From a virus: a DNA stretch of 46,609 nucleotides. Of this stretch, positions 7,276 to 15,071 are shown piece by piece. The position numbers were made by a program, and so were the translations under genes. How positions within the stretch are numbered: position 1 is the stretch's first letter; each line of letters opens with the position of its first letter. The DNA lies in the IMG/VR virus record IMGVR_UViG_3300045988_056617, positions 1 to 46,609 of that record; one strand, given 5' to 3'. Below the pieces are notes generated by a model. That model searched no databases, was not told the DNA's origin, and was given only the letters and a program-made list of their open reading frames with translations.

Positions 7276-7962
7276 TTATACGCCAAATAGGCTTGTTTGC
7301 ACTAAAGTTCCTTTCTCTGTTTTTATTTCTCCGAAACACTCACACCGAAACCGTTCCTCCTGTGCTTCAAAATAGTCTTTATCTATTTCGGTTGCATAAA
7401 AATCGAAGCCTAATTTATATGCGGCTATGCGATTGCTCCCACTTCCTAAGTGAGTATCAAGAATCTTATTTCCTGATTTTGCATAATTTTTCAAAATCCA
7501 AGCATAGAGGGCGATTGGTTTCTGCGTGGGATGAATCTTATCGGCCGTCCTATTATCATACTTAAAAATTTTAGCAGGTGAACCGAAAGAAGTCCACGCT
7601 ATTTCAACTTGAGAAAAATTAGGCCATAGTTGCATCTTATCCCAACATATCACACAACGAGTTGGAGGTAAATTAAAGTAGTTCCCTTCCCATATTATTG
7701 CCTCTTTACTAACTCTAAATAGTTCTTTAAAATAATTATCTTCAGGAGGGTAAAAATCCCAGTCTTTTTTTAAAGTCTGCAAAACTCTATTCTTTAATTT
7801 CTCAGCTCCTTGTTGTAGCCTATTCCTTGCGCTTTTAGTATTTGCCATATTTGCTGCATTTATCCCATACGGTGGGTCAACCACTGCTAAATCAAAGAAC
7901 TTATCAGGAATATTTTTCATATATTCCATGCAATCCATATTATAAACTTCACTTATTGGCAT
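7276..7962 (-). CDS. DNA methyltransferase (N6-adenine/N4-cytosine family, beta-class motif order)
   Basis: AVVDPPYGINAA (the DPPY catalytic motif) lies near the N-terminus. ILDTHLGSGSNRIAA (AdoMet-binding FxGxG-like motif) lies near the C-terminus. Confidence 0.85.
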   Translation of the reverse strand: MPISEVYNMDCMEYMKNIPDKFFDLAVVDPPYGINAANMANTKSARNRLQQGAEKLKNRVLQTLKKDWDFYPPEDNYFKELFRVSKEAIIWEGNYFNLPPTRCVICWDKMQLWPNFSQVEIAWTSFGSPAKIFKYDNRTADKIHPTQKPIALYAWILKNYAKSGNKILDTHLGSGSNRIAAYKLGFDFYATEIDKDYFEAQEERFRCECFGEIKTEKGTLVQTSLFGV

Positions 7963-7998
7963 ATTGACTCCTTCTTTATTGGTTATTAATTAATTATT

Positions 7999-8039
7999 AT
8001 TCGTTTTTATAGGCGGGTATTACCCCGCCATGTTATTTA
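7999..8039 (-). repeat. Conserved 41-nt hairpin element, copy 2
   Basis: attcgtttttataGGCGGGtattacCCCGCCatgttattta. Stem 8012-8017 / 8024-8029. Confidence 0.8.
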
Positions 8040-8786
8040 CTTCTTACCTAAAAACTTATTCACAAAATACCTTACTCCTTTCGGAGTTACAACCGTTGTA
8101 TTATAGACCTTAGATTCTGAACCATCCATAACAATACGTTTCTTAATCTCAAACAGACCCATGTTCATGTATGCTTGAGACGGCTGATTGCGTGACTCTC
8201 CAACGCTGCAAAGATAACCAGCTTTTCTGAGGCGTTCATACAGTTGCTTTTCTCCGATCTGATATCCATTTTGAGTTATTATCTTCGCCAGTTCACGGAT
8301 AAGAATAGACTTCTTTGACGCTTCGACGGCTTCGCTGAATAGAACTTTCGGTTTGTCAGCTTCGATCTTTGCGTTCTTTTCCTCGATCTGTTTTTGCTGA
8401 TTTTCGATAACTTCCTGTTGTTCGGCTGCAAGCAACAAGGCCTCACGGAATGATTTAGGAACGTTAAAGTTTCCCATGCTGTTAGCTCTTTCCAATTCTT
8501 CCCACCGAATAACAAGTTTTGCTCTCGCTTCATCGTTGAACTTTGTTGCTATATACAGGCACTCTGTTTTTGTTAGCTTATACATAGGAAGTTTTCGACC
8601 TGTGGAATCTGTATATTCACTGAGGGAAAAATTTCCCTTAGTAATTTTATACCAAGCTAACTCCATAGCTCTAATAGCTTTTAATACATCATTATGCGGT
8701 TTGCCTGTAATTGTCGCAATCTCTTTTGATGTCATATACTCTTTTGCGTTTATAGTTTCGCCAACTTTAGATAAATTCGATACCAT
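8037..8786 (-). CDS. Rha-family N-terminal domain fused to a KilAC (ANT) antirepressor C-terminal domain
   Basis: N-terminus ...KVGETINAKEYMTSKEIATITGKPHNDVLKAIRAMEL is Rha-like. C-terminus ...ILIRELAKIITQNGYQIGEKQLYERLRKAGYL...TPKGVRYFVNKF is KilAC-like. Confidence 0.8.
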   Translation of the reverse strand: MVSNLSKVGETINAKEYMTSKEIATITGKPHNDVLKAIRAMELAWYKITKGNFSLSEYTDSTGRKLPMYKLTKTECLYIATKFNDEARAKLVIRWEELERANSMGNFNVPKSFREALLLAAEQQEVIENQQKQIEEKNAKIEADKPKVLFSEAVEASKKSILIRELAKIITQNGYQIGEKQLYERLRKAGYLCSVGESRNQPSQAYMNMGLFEIKKRIVMDGSESKVYNTTVVTPKGVRYFVNKFLGKK

Positions 8787-8811
8787 GATTTAAAATTTTA
8801 ATTATTAATTA

Positions 8812-9012
8812 TTATTTTCTTAACAACTCGTCAAGCGTTTTTCTAAACTTTTTGTAGTCCTCTAATTCTTCATCAGACAAGACAATGAAGCACATACCAT
8901 CAATGTATATACACTCCAATTTACCACCTTTAATTAAACGCCAAATCCAAGGTACTGTAACACCTTTCATATCAGCGTAGCTCTTTACTTTAATAAGATT
9001 TTCTAATTTCAT
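8812..9012 (-). CDS. Small putative DNA-binding protein (excisionase/MerR-like HTH)
   Basis: 66 aa. ...SYADMKGVTVPWIWRLIKGGKLECIYIDG... resembles HTH_17-type proteins. First gene behind a -7 box. Confidence 0.45.
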   Translation of the reverse strand: MKLENLIKVKSYADMKGVTVPWIWRLIKGGKLECIYIDGMCFIVLSDEELEDYKKFRKTLDELLRK

Positions 9013-9040
9013 ATTACTATTGTTTATTTATTCAACACTG

Positions 9041-9048
9041 CAAATATA
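9041..9048 (-). promoter_or_regulatory. -7 promoter box (TATATTTG on the minus strand)
   Basis: caaatata at 9041-9048 within caacactgcaaatatag, the same core as modules A-D. Next ATG at 9012. Confidence 0.5.
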
Positions 9049-9129
9049 GTGTTAATTATAATATACTGCAAGTAAAAACAGTTTTATTTTTAATCTTTTT
9101 CGTAAACAGGATGAATATCAGATACTTAC

Positions 9130-9167
9130 AAAAAAACACCCCACTCACAACGTTTGCAAGTGGGGTG
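9130..9167 (-). terminator. Rho-independent terminator
   Basis: caccccact (9137-9145) pairs with agtggggtg (9159-9167), a 9-bp stem. The minus-strand tail is UUUUUUUG. Confidence 0.75.
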
Positions 9168-9189
9168 CATATTACAATCAGAACCGGGT

Positions 9190-9492
9190 CTATCTCTCTA
9201 CCATCTGATAACATTTAGTAGTATTCATGCCGGGTAACCGATAATTTGCCTCTCTTATGTATCCAGCCGATACGAGGCGATTTACAGCGTTATATAACTT
9301 CTTCGTAGACATGAACGGGATGATCTCTTTTAGCTTTGCTATCGAAACAAAAACGGTATTAGGGACTTGTTTAACTCGACACCCCTTGAACTTTTCTCTG
9401 TACATTCCTGTGCAGAGGATAAGAATCATTTCTGAATAAACGGCAGCAGCCTCTAAACCAATTTCATTTGCTATCTTTTCATCTATAACCAT
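9190..9492 (-). CDS. Stand-alone winged-helix protein, paralogue of the N-terminus of 6240..7208
   Basis: DEKIANEIGLEAAAV...IPFMSTKKLYNAVNRLVSAGYI aligns with DDKIAKELGIEAACV...FPYMNSLKVYRVIGKLEEEGYI. Confidence 0.5.
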   Translation of the reverse strand: MVIDEKIANEIGLEAAAVYSEMILILCTGMYREKFKGCRVKQVPNTVFVSIAKLKEIIPFMSTKKLYNAVNRLVSAGYIREANYRLPGMNTTKCYQMVER

Positions 9493-9495
9493 ATC

Positions 9496-9816
9496 TTACT
9501 TTATTTTGTTATACCATCTAATATACGACAGTGATTTATACCACTTCTTTTGTTTTTTCGTTGCCTCAGTATTTATCTTTTCGCCACTGCCCACAAGCAT
9601 ATATTTCAACTTGTTTTCATAATGCAAATATTTCTGGTCCATTCCTATTTCTATATTTTTACGTATAATATATTTCTTTGCAGCATTAGAGCAATACGGA
9701 TATTCACAAAGAGCGGCAAAATCAGATAATACCTTACTAACATAGCAATACTTGCATATATCTGTACTAAAGCAGTCTATTACTGAATCTATTGCCAGTT
9801 TATTAATCTTCTTCAT
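9496..9816 (-). CDS. Hypothetical protein
   Basis: ORF track, 106 aa. Confidence 0.55.
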   Translation of the reverse strand: MKKINKLAIDSVIDCFSTDICKYCYVSKVLSDFAALCEYPYCSNAAKKYIIRKNIEIGMDQKYLHYENKLKYMLVGSGEKINTEATKKQKKWYKSLSYIRWYNKIK

Positions 9817-10015
9817 ACTTTAAATTATTAGATACACCATTCTTTGTTTTAGAACATAAAATAGTGCCCTCTCCACCATCATCAAAACACGTATAAGATT
9901 CTTCTTTAATGAAGTATTTACAGTTTAGACAAGCGGAAGAACCAACTTTCTTTAAACTAAAAGGGCACTTAGTGATAAGTTTGTTTCTATGCACAATAAA
10001 ATCTATCTTATTCAT
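9803..10015 (-). CDS. Hypothetical small Cys-rich protein
   Basis: 70 aa. CPFSLKKVGSSACLNCKYF...TCFDDGGEGTILC. Confidence 0.5.
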   Translation of the reverse strand: MNKIDFIVHRNKLITKCPFSLKKVGSSACLNCKYFIKEESYTCFDDGGEGTILCSKTKNGVSNNLKYEED

Positions 10016-10953
10016 TTCGCTTTAATTTGAATTGATTCTTTCACATCCGAGTATTTAATAAATTCCGCGTAAATATCCGGATACTTCTCTTTCAACGCTT
10101 TAGTATCAAGGGATTCACGGCTATATGCCTTCTTCCGGGTGATAGTAATTAAGTCACCTTTGATATTGTCCGCTTTCGCATCCTGCATCAATTCGAGTAA
10201 CTGAGATTTAAACTTATTCATTTGTTCGTCAAGCGTCTTTTGCATTTCGATTAACTGATATACTGATTCCTCAACGTTGCTAACCTTTGCTGGGAGATCG
10301 TTCAATTTTGCAACGTATGAATCAGCACTGCAATTATCTACGTATTTCAAGCCCTCTTTACAACATTGAAGAAATATCTCTATCTCTTTATCCGGTATCC
10401 GTTCTACCTGTACAATACCATCTGTATCCTCACCTCTCAACCATATAGCCAACAAAGTATCTACTTTCAAATGGGTATTTTGTCTTTCAAAATAATAGGC
10501 ATAGATTGACAATTGCCAAGACAGATACAACATGTCTAATTTATATGTAGTCTTTATATCTCCAAGTATAACAGAGTCGGAGTATCTGCCTAAATACACC
10601 TTATCAATCGGTGATGCAATAAACTCGTTATCTGTTACTATATATTCTGAGGCAATGTGAGTTAGTCCGAAGTCACTTTTTAATCTGAGATAGTTCTCAC
10701 CCTGTTTTGATTCGGCTTCAATCCCTTCGTTATCTATGTTTTCACATTCTTCATGTACTCGTTTCCCTCGCTCAGTAGCAAGGGATAAAACGCTTTCGGG
10801 GATACCGTCAAGTTTGCCGGGAAACAATTGATCGTTGATAAATCCGGTTATACCGTGCAACTTCTTAAAGTCCGGTGTGAAATACTCATGCGTATCTTCA
10901 ATGTAGATAACATCTGATTGATTAAGTTTGGGTAATGTTATAATATTATTCAT
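10012..10953 (-). CDS. PD-(D/E)xK (RecB/YqaJ-like) exonuclease
   Basis: ERGKRVHEECE, ...SPIDKVY..., ...ILGDIKTT (the D...DxK core), QLSIYAYYF (QxxxY). It sits two genes downstream of the ERF annealase. Confidence 0.6.
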   Translation of the reverse strand: MNNIITLPKLNQSDVIYIEDTHEYFTPDFKKLHGITGFINDQLFPGKLDGIPESVLSLATERGKRVHEECENIDNEGIEAESKQGENYLRLKSDFGLTHIASEYIVTDNEFIASPIDKVYLGRYSDSVILGDIKTTYKLDMLYLSWQLSIYAYYFERQNTHLKVDTLLAIWLRGEDTDGIVQVERIPDKEIEIFLQCCKEGLKYVDNCSADSYVAKLNDLPAKVSNVEESVYQLIEMQKTLDEQMNKFKSQLLELMQDAKADNIKGDLITITRKKAYSRESLDTKALKEKYPDIYAEFIKYSDVKESIQIKAK

Positions 10954-10964
10954 AATAGTATATT

Positions 10965-11153
10965 TTAAAATGGAAATTTTGATTTATTTTTCGCTCTCTC
11001 TTTATCTATTTTATTTATCTGTATTTTAAAAGATAGGCTACGCATATACCTTTGTTCTTTTGGTGTGGGATTAATAAATTTGACACCACGAAAGCCTAAA
11101 GTATATTTTAACCTACTTAAATAGTGAATCTCACTGCTATCCATTCTTTTCAT
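10965..11153 (-). CDS. Hypothetical small basic protein ending in -KFPF
   Basis: ORF track, 62 aa, with a 4-nt overlap to erf. Confidence 0.45.
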   Translation of the reverse strand: MKRMDSSEIHYLSRLKYTLGFRGVKFINPTPKEQRYMRSLSFKIQINKIDKERAKNKSKFPF

Positions 11154-11767
11154 TTCTTACTTCCTTCGATCTCTGTCCTTTTCTTTGAGAGCGCATTCAT
11201 AAATGTACTATCCGATTGATATGCTTGATTAGCTTTAAACAAGTTACTCAGTTGTTCAACCGTTGTACACTCGTTGACGTATCCGACCAAAATAGCTGTT
11301 TGACTCTGTGAGTTATCCGGTTGACTTGTTGATGAAGATTTAGCACCCTTCTTATTTGCCGCTTTTCCTTCGTTTTCCTGCGTCCCGTCTGATGAATCGG
11401 TATCTATACTATCATCAATTGCAAAAAGTCCACAGAGGGCGTATTTTCGTGCGTAGCTTGATGTTGCTCCGGTCAACTGTGCACCGTCCATTCCTTTTTT
11501 GCTTTCTTCCTCACGGGCAAATGCAGTTGCCGTTTCTGATTCTCCGGTTTCTATATCCACAACCTTTGCAGTCGCTTTAACGTAGAATCTTCCTTCAATA
11601 TATTCGATAGAATCGGTTACATTCACATAACAACCGTATTTATCGCATACCTCTTTTGCCGTTTGCAAAATATCCTCACAAGAACGATAATAATAACCTC
11701 CGAACTTGTTGTAACGTCCTTTCTTGACGTTCATCTCGTTCTGAATCTTTGATAAATTTTTAATCAT
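11150..11767 (-). CDS. erf: ERF-family single-strand annealing protein
   Basis: ...KFGGYYYRSCEDILQTAKEV... and ...GATSSYARKYALCGLFAIDD are hallmark ERF blocks. Confidence 0.8.
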   Translation of the reverse strand: MIKNLSKIQNEMNVKKGRYNKFGGYYYRSCEDILQTAKEVCDKYGCYVNVTDSIEYIEGRFYVKATAKVVDIETGESETATAFAREEESKKGMDGAQLTGATSSYARKYALCGLFAIDDSIDTDSSDGTQENEGKAANKKGAKSSSTSQPDNSQSQTAILVGYVNECTTVEQLSNLFKANQAYQSDSTFMNALSKKRTEIEGSKK

Positions 11768-12008
11768 TGTTTTTTGGTTTTATGTTAAACAGAAAATTTG
11801 CGTCCACTCCAGTAGCCTCACATATTTTTGAGACCCATTCAATATTAATCTTTCGTGTCCTCCGGTTGCAAAGAGAGGACATGTTGACCGTTCTTGATTT
11901 TGGCTTTGTATCCTCCCACAACATTTCAGCTATCTCTTTTTTACTCACTTTTAAGCCGTTCAATTTAGCGTTTAAAATAGCTTCATTAATCTTAAAATCA
12001 CTCGACAT
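11760..12008 (-). CDS. XRE/Cro-like helix-turn-helix regulator
   Basis: 82 aa. ...LKVSKKEIAEMLWED...VNMSSLCNRRTRKINIEWVSKICEATGVDANFLF fits the HTH_3 pattern. Confidence 0.6.
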   Translation of the reverse strand: MSSDFKINEAILNAKLNGLKVSKKEIAEMLWEDTKPKSRTVNMSSLCNRRTRKINIEWVSKICEATGVDANFLFNIKPKNND

Positions 12009-12171
12009 CTATTACCTCCCTTCCACATTCACTACATTTATAAATATTTTCTTCTTCTTGTTCCGGCTCACAATCGTAATCGCAATATTCTTTGCTAAAA
12101 ACCGGATAAGATTGCCAAAGGTATAAATCGCCTTCGCAATACGGACAAACATGTACTTCATTCTGATTCAT
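11998..12171 (-). CDS. Zinc-ribbon-like small protein (57 aa), not in the ORF track
   Basis: Hand translation: MNQNEVHVCPYCEGDLYLWQSYPVFSKEYCDYDCEPEQEEENIYKCSECGREVIDVE*. Two CxxC pairs. The stop overlaps the ATG of the HTH gene (12008). A promoter lies about 40 nt upstream. Confidence 0.5.
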   Translation of the reverse strand: MNQNEVHVCPYCEGDLYLWQSYPVFSKEYCDYDCEPEQEEENIYKCSECGREVIDVE

Positions 12172-12211
12172 ATATACTACTTTTAATTGTTACTTACTTA
12201 ATTCAATAATG

Positions 12212-12242
12212 CAAAGATAAGGCAAAACTTTAAATACACAAA
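12212..12242 (-). promoter_or_regulatory. Promoter of the recombination operon
   Basis: caaagata at 12212-12219 is TATCTTTG (-7). caaa at 12239-12242 is TTTG, 19 nt upstream. Leader-like aattgttacttactt at 12185-12199. Confidence 0.55.
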
Positions 12243-12295
12243 GAAATTCTTTATTTTTATAGTTAATGAAATTTAAAATAGTGGAAATGTACGCA

Positions 12296-12389
12296 TAGAA
12301 CGACTGTTAGAACTATTTTTGTAGAACTTTTCTTAAATACTTGTTACTACTTATTGTTTATTGACTCGTTTAGTCCGTGAGGATAGAAC
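12296..12389. repeat. Four TAGAAC hexamers (GTTCTA on the minus strand) in the regulatory gap
   Basis: tagaac at 12296-12301, 12308-12313, 12322-12327 and 12384-12389. The first three are spaced 12 and 14 nt apart. Confidence 0.7.
12314..12321 (+). promoter_or_regulatory. Plus-strand -7 box match (TATTTTTG)
   Basis: tatttttg at 12314-12321 fits TAnnTTTG on the plus strand. A single motif match, so weak evidence on its own. Confidence 0.3.
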
Positions 12390-12428
12390 GAAAAAGGGGA
12401 ATACATAGCGTTGTACTCCCCTTTTAAA
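12328..12428 (+). ncRNA. Candidate ~100-nt plus-strand RNA antisense to the shared 5' leader (hypothetical)
   Basis: Bounded by the plus-strand -7 box at 12314-12321 and by hairpin 12396-12421, which is followed by CTTTTAAATT. It contains cttgttactacttattgttta, the complement of the mRNA leader motif. Confidence 0.25.
12391..12421 (-). terminator. Terminator after the thyA operon (U-rich on both sides, potentially bidirectional)
   Basis: ggggaatac (12396-12404) pairs with gtactcccc (12413-12421). The minus-strand tail is UUUUUCGUU; the plus-strand tail is CUUUUAAAUU. Confidence 0.7.
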
Positions 12429-12602
12429 TTACATACCGGATAACTTGCGATTGATAGCGTCTAATATCTTACCTTTTAAAAATATACTTAAGTTTCTCTT
12501 ATACAAGTTTTTTAGATAATACACAGATTCCATATTAAGGTATCTTTCGTAATAATCGATTTTATTACATGCTAAAAATCTTACAGTTTCATCTTCATTC
12601 AT
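12429..12602 (-). CDS. Small ORF (57 aa) translationally coupled to thyA, not in the ORF track
   Basis: The ATG at 12602 overlaps the thyA TGA (ATGA). Translation: [57 protein letters not shown]. The stop abuts the terminator. Confidence 0.45.
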   Translation of the reverse strand: MNEDETVRFLACNKIDYYERYLNMESVYYLKNLYKRNLSIFLKGKILDAINRKLSGM

Positions 12603-13399
12603 ACTGCTACCTCCCCTCTAATTGCCGAATGGCTGTTATAATCAATAATATCTATATCCTCAAATTTGAAGTCAAATAAATCTGTAACGGAAGGATTCAA
12701 AACCAGTTCCGGCAATCGCAACGGAATGCGATCTAATTGCGTCCTTACCTGTTCAATATGATTCAAATATATGTGAGCGTCACCCAACGTATGAATGAAT
12801 TTACGAGGCTTCAAATTGCATACTTGCGCCACCATTGAAAGCAGCAACGAATAAGACGCAATGTTGAACGGAACGCCCAAGAATAAATCTGCACTACGTT
12901 GATACAATTGCAGGTCTAAAAAGCCGTCCTTTGATACGTAAAACTGGTAAAAACAGTGGCAGGGAGGCAAGTTCATTTTATCGATGTCGCCAACGTTCCA
13001 CGAATTTACGATTAATCTGCGTGAATAAGGATCATTCTTTATCATATCAATGACTGATTTAAGCTGATCTATTTTAGTCCTGCTATTAACACGCCATTCA
13101 CGCCATTGCGCACCGTATATCCGTCCTAAATTACCATCCTTATCTGCCCATGCGTCCCAAATATGAACACCGTTTTCAAGCAGGTACTTAATGTTGGTAT
13201 CACCTTTAATAAACCAAAGCAATTCATGTATAATACCCTTTGTGAATAGCTTTTTAGTAGTTACAAGCGGGAAGCCGTCACGGAGATCATAAACCTTTTG
13301 AGTACTTCCGAAAACGCTGATTGTTCCCGTTCCGGTTCTGTCCTCTCGCTTTTCGCCATAATTCAAAACATAAGAAAGTAAGTCTAAATACTGTTGCAT
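12599..13399 (-). CDS. thyA: Thymidylate synthase
   Basis: Collinear with E. coli ThyA over its full length: [52 protein letters not shown] (catalytic Cys), [18 protein letters not shown]. Confidence 0.95.
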   Translation of the reverse strand: MQQYLDLLSYVLNYGEKREDRTGTGTISVFGSTQKVYDLRDGFPLVTTKKLFTKGIIHELLWFIKGDTNIKYLLENGVHIWDAWADKDGNLGRIYGAQWREWRVNSRTKIDQLKSVIDMIKNDPYSRRLIVNSWNVGDIDKMNLPPCHCFYQFYVSKDGFLDLQLYQRSADLFLGVPFNIASYSLLLSMVAQVCNLKPRKFIHTLGDAHIYLNHIEQVRTQLDRIPLRLPELVLNPSVTDLFDFKFEDIDIIDYNSHSAIRGEVAV

Positions 13400-13402
13400 A
13401 AT

Positions 13403-13603
13403 TTACTTGTTATTTTTAACCTGATATTTAATTAGATCATTTTCTCTCACTCTACGAATAAAACCATATTGACTCTGAACGAGATAATTTACGTTCTTAT
13501 CCTTTTTACCTACGTGAATCTCAATGGAGAATACTCTAAACGGCTCTTCATGTGCACCGTACATCACTTCTTCGCCAACATTAAACCTTGTTTTTATAAC
13601 CAT
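13403..13603 (-). CDS. Hypothetical small protein (66 aa; start trimmed to the internal ATG)
   Basis: The track ORF extends to 13678 but would then run through the -7 box and leader of module B. MVIKTRFNVGEE starts at 13603. Confidence 0.55.
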   Translation of the reverse strand: MVIKTRFNVGEEVMYGAHEEPFRVFSIEIHVGKKDKNVNYLVQSQYGFIRRVRENDLIKYQVKNNK

Positions 13604-13614
13604 AATTGTTGTTT

Positions 13615-13710
13615 TTAAATTGTTAGTACTTTGTTTCCTTTTGACTCTGCAAATATAAAGATTAAATTTAAAACACAAAGCAAAACTTTAGGTTTTAACA
13701 TGAAATTAAC
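13615..13710 (-). promoter_or_regulatory. Promoter-leader module B
   Basis: caaatata at 13650-13657 (-7). caaa at 13676-13679 (-33, 18-nt spacer). Leader aaattgttagtactttgt at 13617-13634. Confidence 0.7.
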
Positions 13711-13724
13711 CTTTGTGAATGGAA

Positions 13725-13749
13725 TAAAAAAAAGAGGGGAATACCCCCC
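13725..13749 (-). terminator. Rho-independent terminator
   Basis: A short GC stem, gggg/cccc, around aata (13736-13748). The minus-strand tail is UCUUUUUUUU. Confidence 0.6.
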
Positions 13750-14583
13750 TTATAATTTAATACTCTCAAACTCAATGTTGTTTGCCTTCATAAAGTCAGC
13801 CAGTGCAAATGCTTGTTCCCTTGTTACTTTGACCTTAAACGCTCTTACATAAACCTGTTCGCTCTGAGGCTTGTTTTCCGGCTGTTTTAGCGGTTGTAGT
13901 TGCTGTGGTGGTGTGTTATTCGTCTGAGGCGAGTTTAGCGCTGTGGTGGCTTCCAGTGCCTTATTAACGAGTGATACACCGTATTGGTAGGTATTGTTAT
14001 AGTCCAACGTATCTTGATACCTGTCAATTATAGCCATATAACAAGGTTCACCCTCAAAATGCTCTTTCAGTTTCTCGAAGTCAGCCGCTACCAGTTCAAA
14101 CAGTTCGTTAATCTCAGCCCGAACAATCGCAATACCTTTGTTCTTGTTTAGCCAGTTCGATTTAAAGCAACGGTCAAAATTTATAAGATACTCGTTATGC
14201 TCGTCGAAATAGTCCCTTATTTGCTTCATCTTCGCGTCTTTTTCTTCCTGCTCAAACTTCTTAATCTGCAAATCTATGCTGTTTGAGGTGAGGTCTAACA
14301 TGGCACATGTATCTTTGACTACATCTTTGAACTTATTAAAAGGCTGCATGTATATCTTTTCGAGTTCGATTCGGGTATCATTTAGGGCTTTAGACGATTT
14401 GTTAATCATTGCCCTATCTGCTTTTGCTTCTTCTATATCGTCCTCAGTATATGTTATACATTCATATACCTTCATCTTTTCTTTGACAATAGAACGTATC
14501 TGAGTGATTCCCTCTATCATCTCAGACAGCTTTTTATCCTTAGTAATTAGCTGCAATTGGTTTTCAGTTATTCTATCTTTCAT
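13750..14583 (-). CDS. Hypothetical coiled-coil protein, DUF1351-like (start trimmed to 14583)
   Basis: MKDRITENQLQLITKD... The longer track ORF overlaps the upstream gene. Its general layout resembles siphophage DUF1351 proteins, but that recognition is weak. Confidence 0.45.
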   Translation of the reverse strand: MKDRITENQLQLITKDKKLSEMIEGITQIRSIVKEKMKVYECITYTEDDIEEAKADRAMINKSSKALNDTRIELEKIYMQPFNKFKDVVKDTCAMLDLTSNSIDLQIKKFEQEEKDAKMKQIRDYFDEHNEYLINFDRCFKSNWLNKNKGIAIVRAEINELFELVAADFEKLKEHFEGEPCYMAIIDRYQDTLDYNNTYQYGVSLVNKALEATTALNSPQTNNTPPQQLQPLKQPENKPQSEQVYVRAFKVKVTREQAFALADFMKANNIEFESIKL

Positions 14584-14626
14584 TTGTTGTTTACCCGGTT
14601 GACCTGTACACCGGAAGGTTTTAATG

Positions 14627-15037
14627 TTAGTGTAATGGTCTAAAAACAACGGTTATTTCAGCTCCGTTTAATTGCTGAGAGTGTCGAAGAACACCGTCTT
14701 TCGGGTGGTACTGAATGGTTTCTTTGTTATAGCTATCAATGTGGTAAATGATAAAGCCGTAAATATCCATTTCAGTAGAGGTAACTTTCAGATAATTCAC
14801 ATGTCCCATTGAATATACCTTAACGTAGTCCGACGTTAACTCTACCTTATCCCAAACATATAAGGCTACATTCGTTGTGCACTCACCTTCTACGTACACC
14901 GTTTGCCACTCCGGTACTATAACCGAATAATTAGTTTCATACTTCGTTTCTTCATCGCCACAAGACGAAAGAAAAGCGGCAATAGCCATCAAACACAAAC
15001 CTACTAAAACACTGAATAAATAATTTGAAGTTTTCAT
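14627..15037 (-). CDS. Lipoprotein
   Basis: Signal peptide plus lipobox: MKTSNYLFSVLVGLCLMAIAAFLSSCGDEE (LSSC). Confidence 0.7.
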   Translation of the reverse strand: MKTSNYLFSVLVGLCLMAIAAFLSSCGDEETKYETNYSVIVPEWQTVYVEGECTTNVALYVWDKVELTSDYVKVYSMGHVNYLKVTSTEMDIYGFIIYHIDSYNKETIQYHPKDGVLRHSQQLNGAEITVVFRPLH

Positions 15038-15071
15038 AATTGATTAATTTTTAAAATTGATTACTTATTGA

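Noticed and set aside
8279-8533. Nested same-strand ORFs in alternative frames: 8279..8533, 5748..5936, 17949..18149, 19105..19296, 30920..31105, 31729..31932, 36391..36594, 38040..38261, 42887..43078 and 44698..44913.
   Set aside because: Each is fully embedded in a longer ORF with recognisable domains or clear operon context. Their products are Arg/Cys/Leu-rich, typical of off-frame translation.
13604-13678. N-terminal extensions of track ORFs: 13604-13678, 15907-15954, 24563-24589, 31218-31268, 37268-37318 and 14584-14649.
   Set aside because: The extensions run through -7 boxes, conserved leaders, terminator hairpins or the preceding gene. Internal ATGs placed just downstream of those signals give compact, non-overlapping genes.
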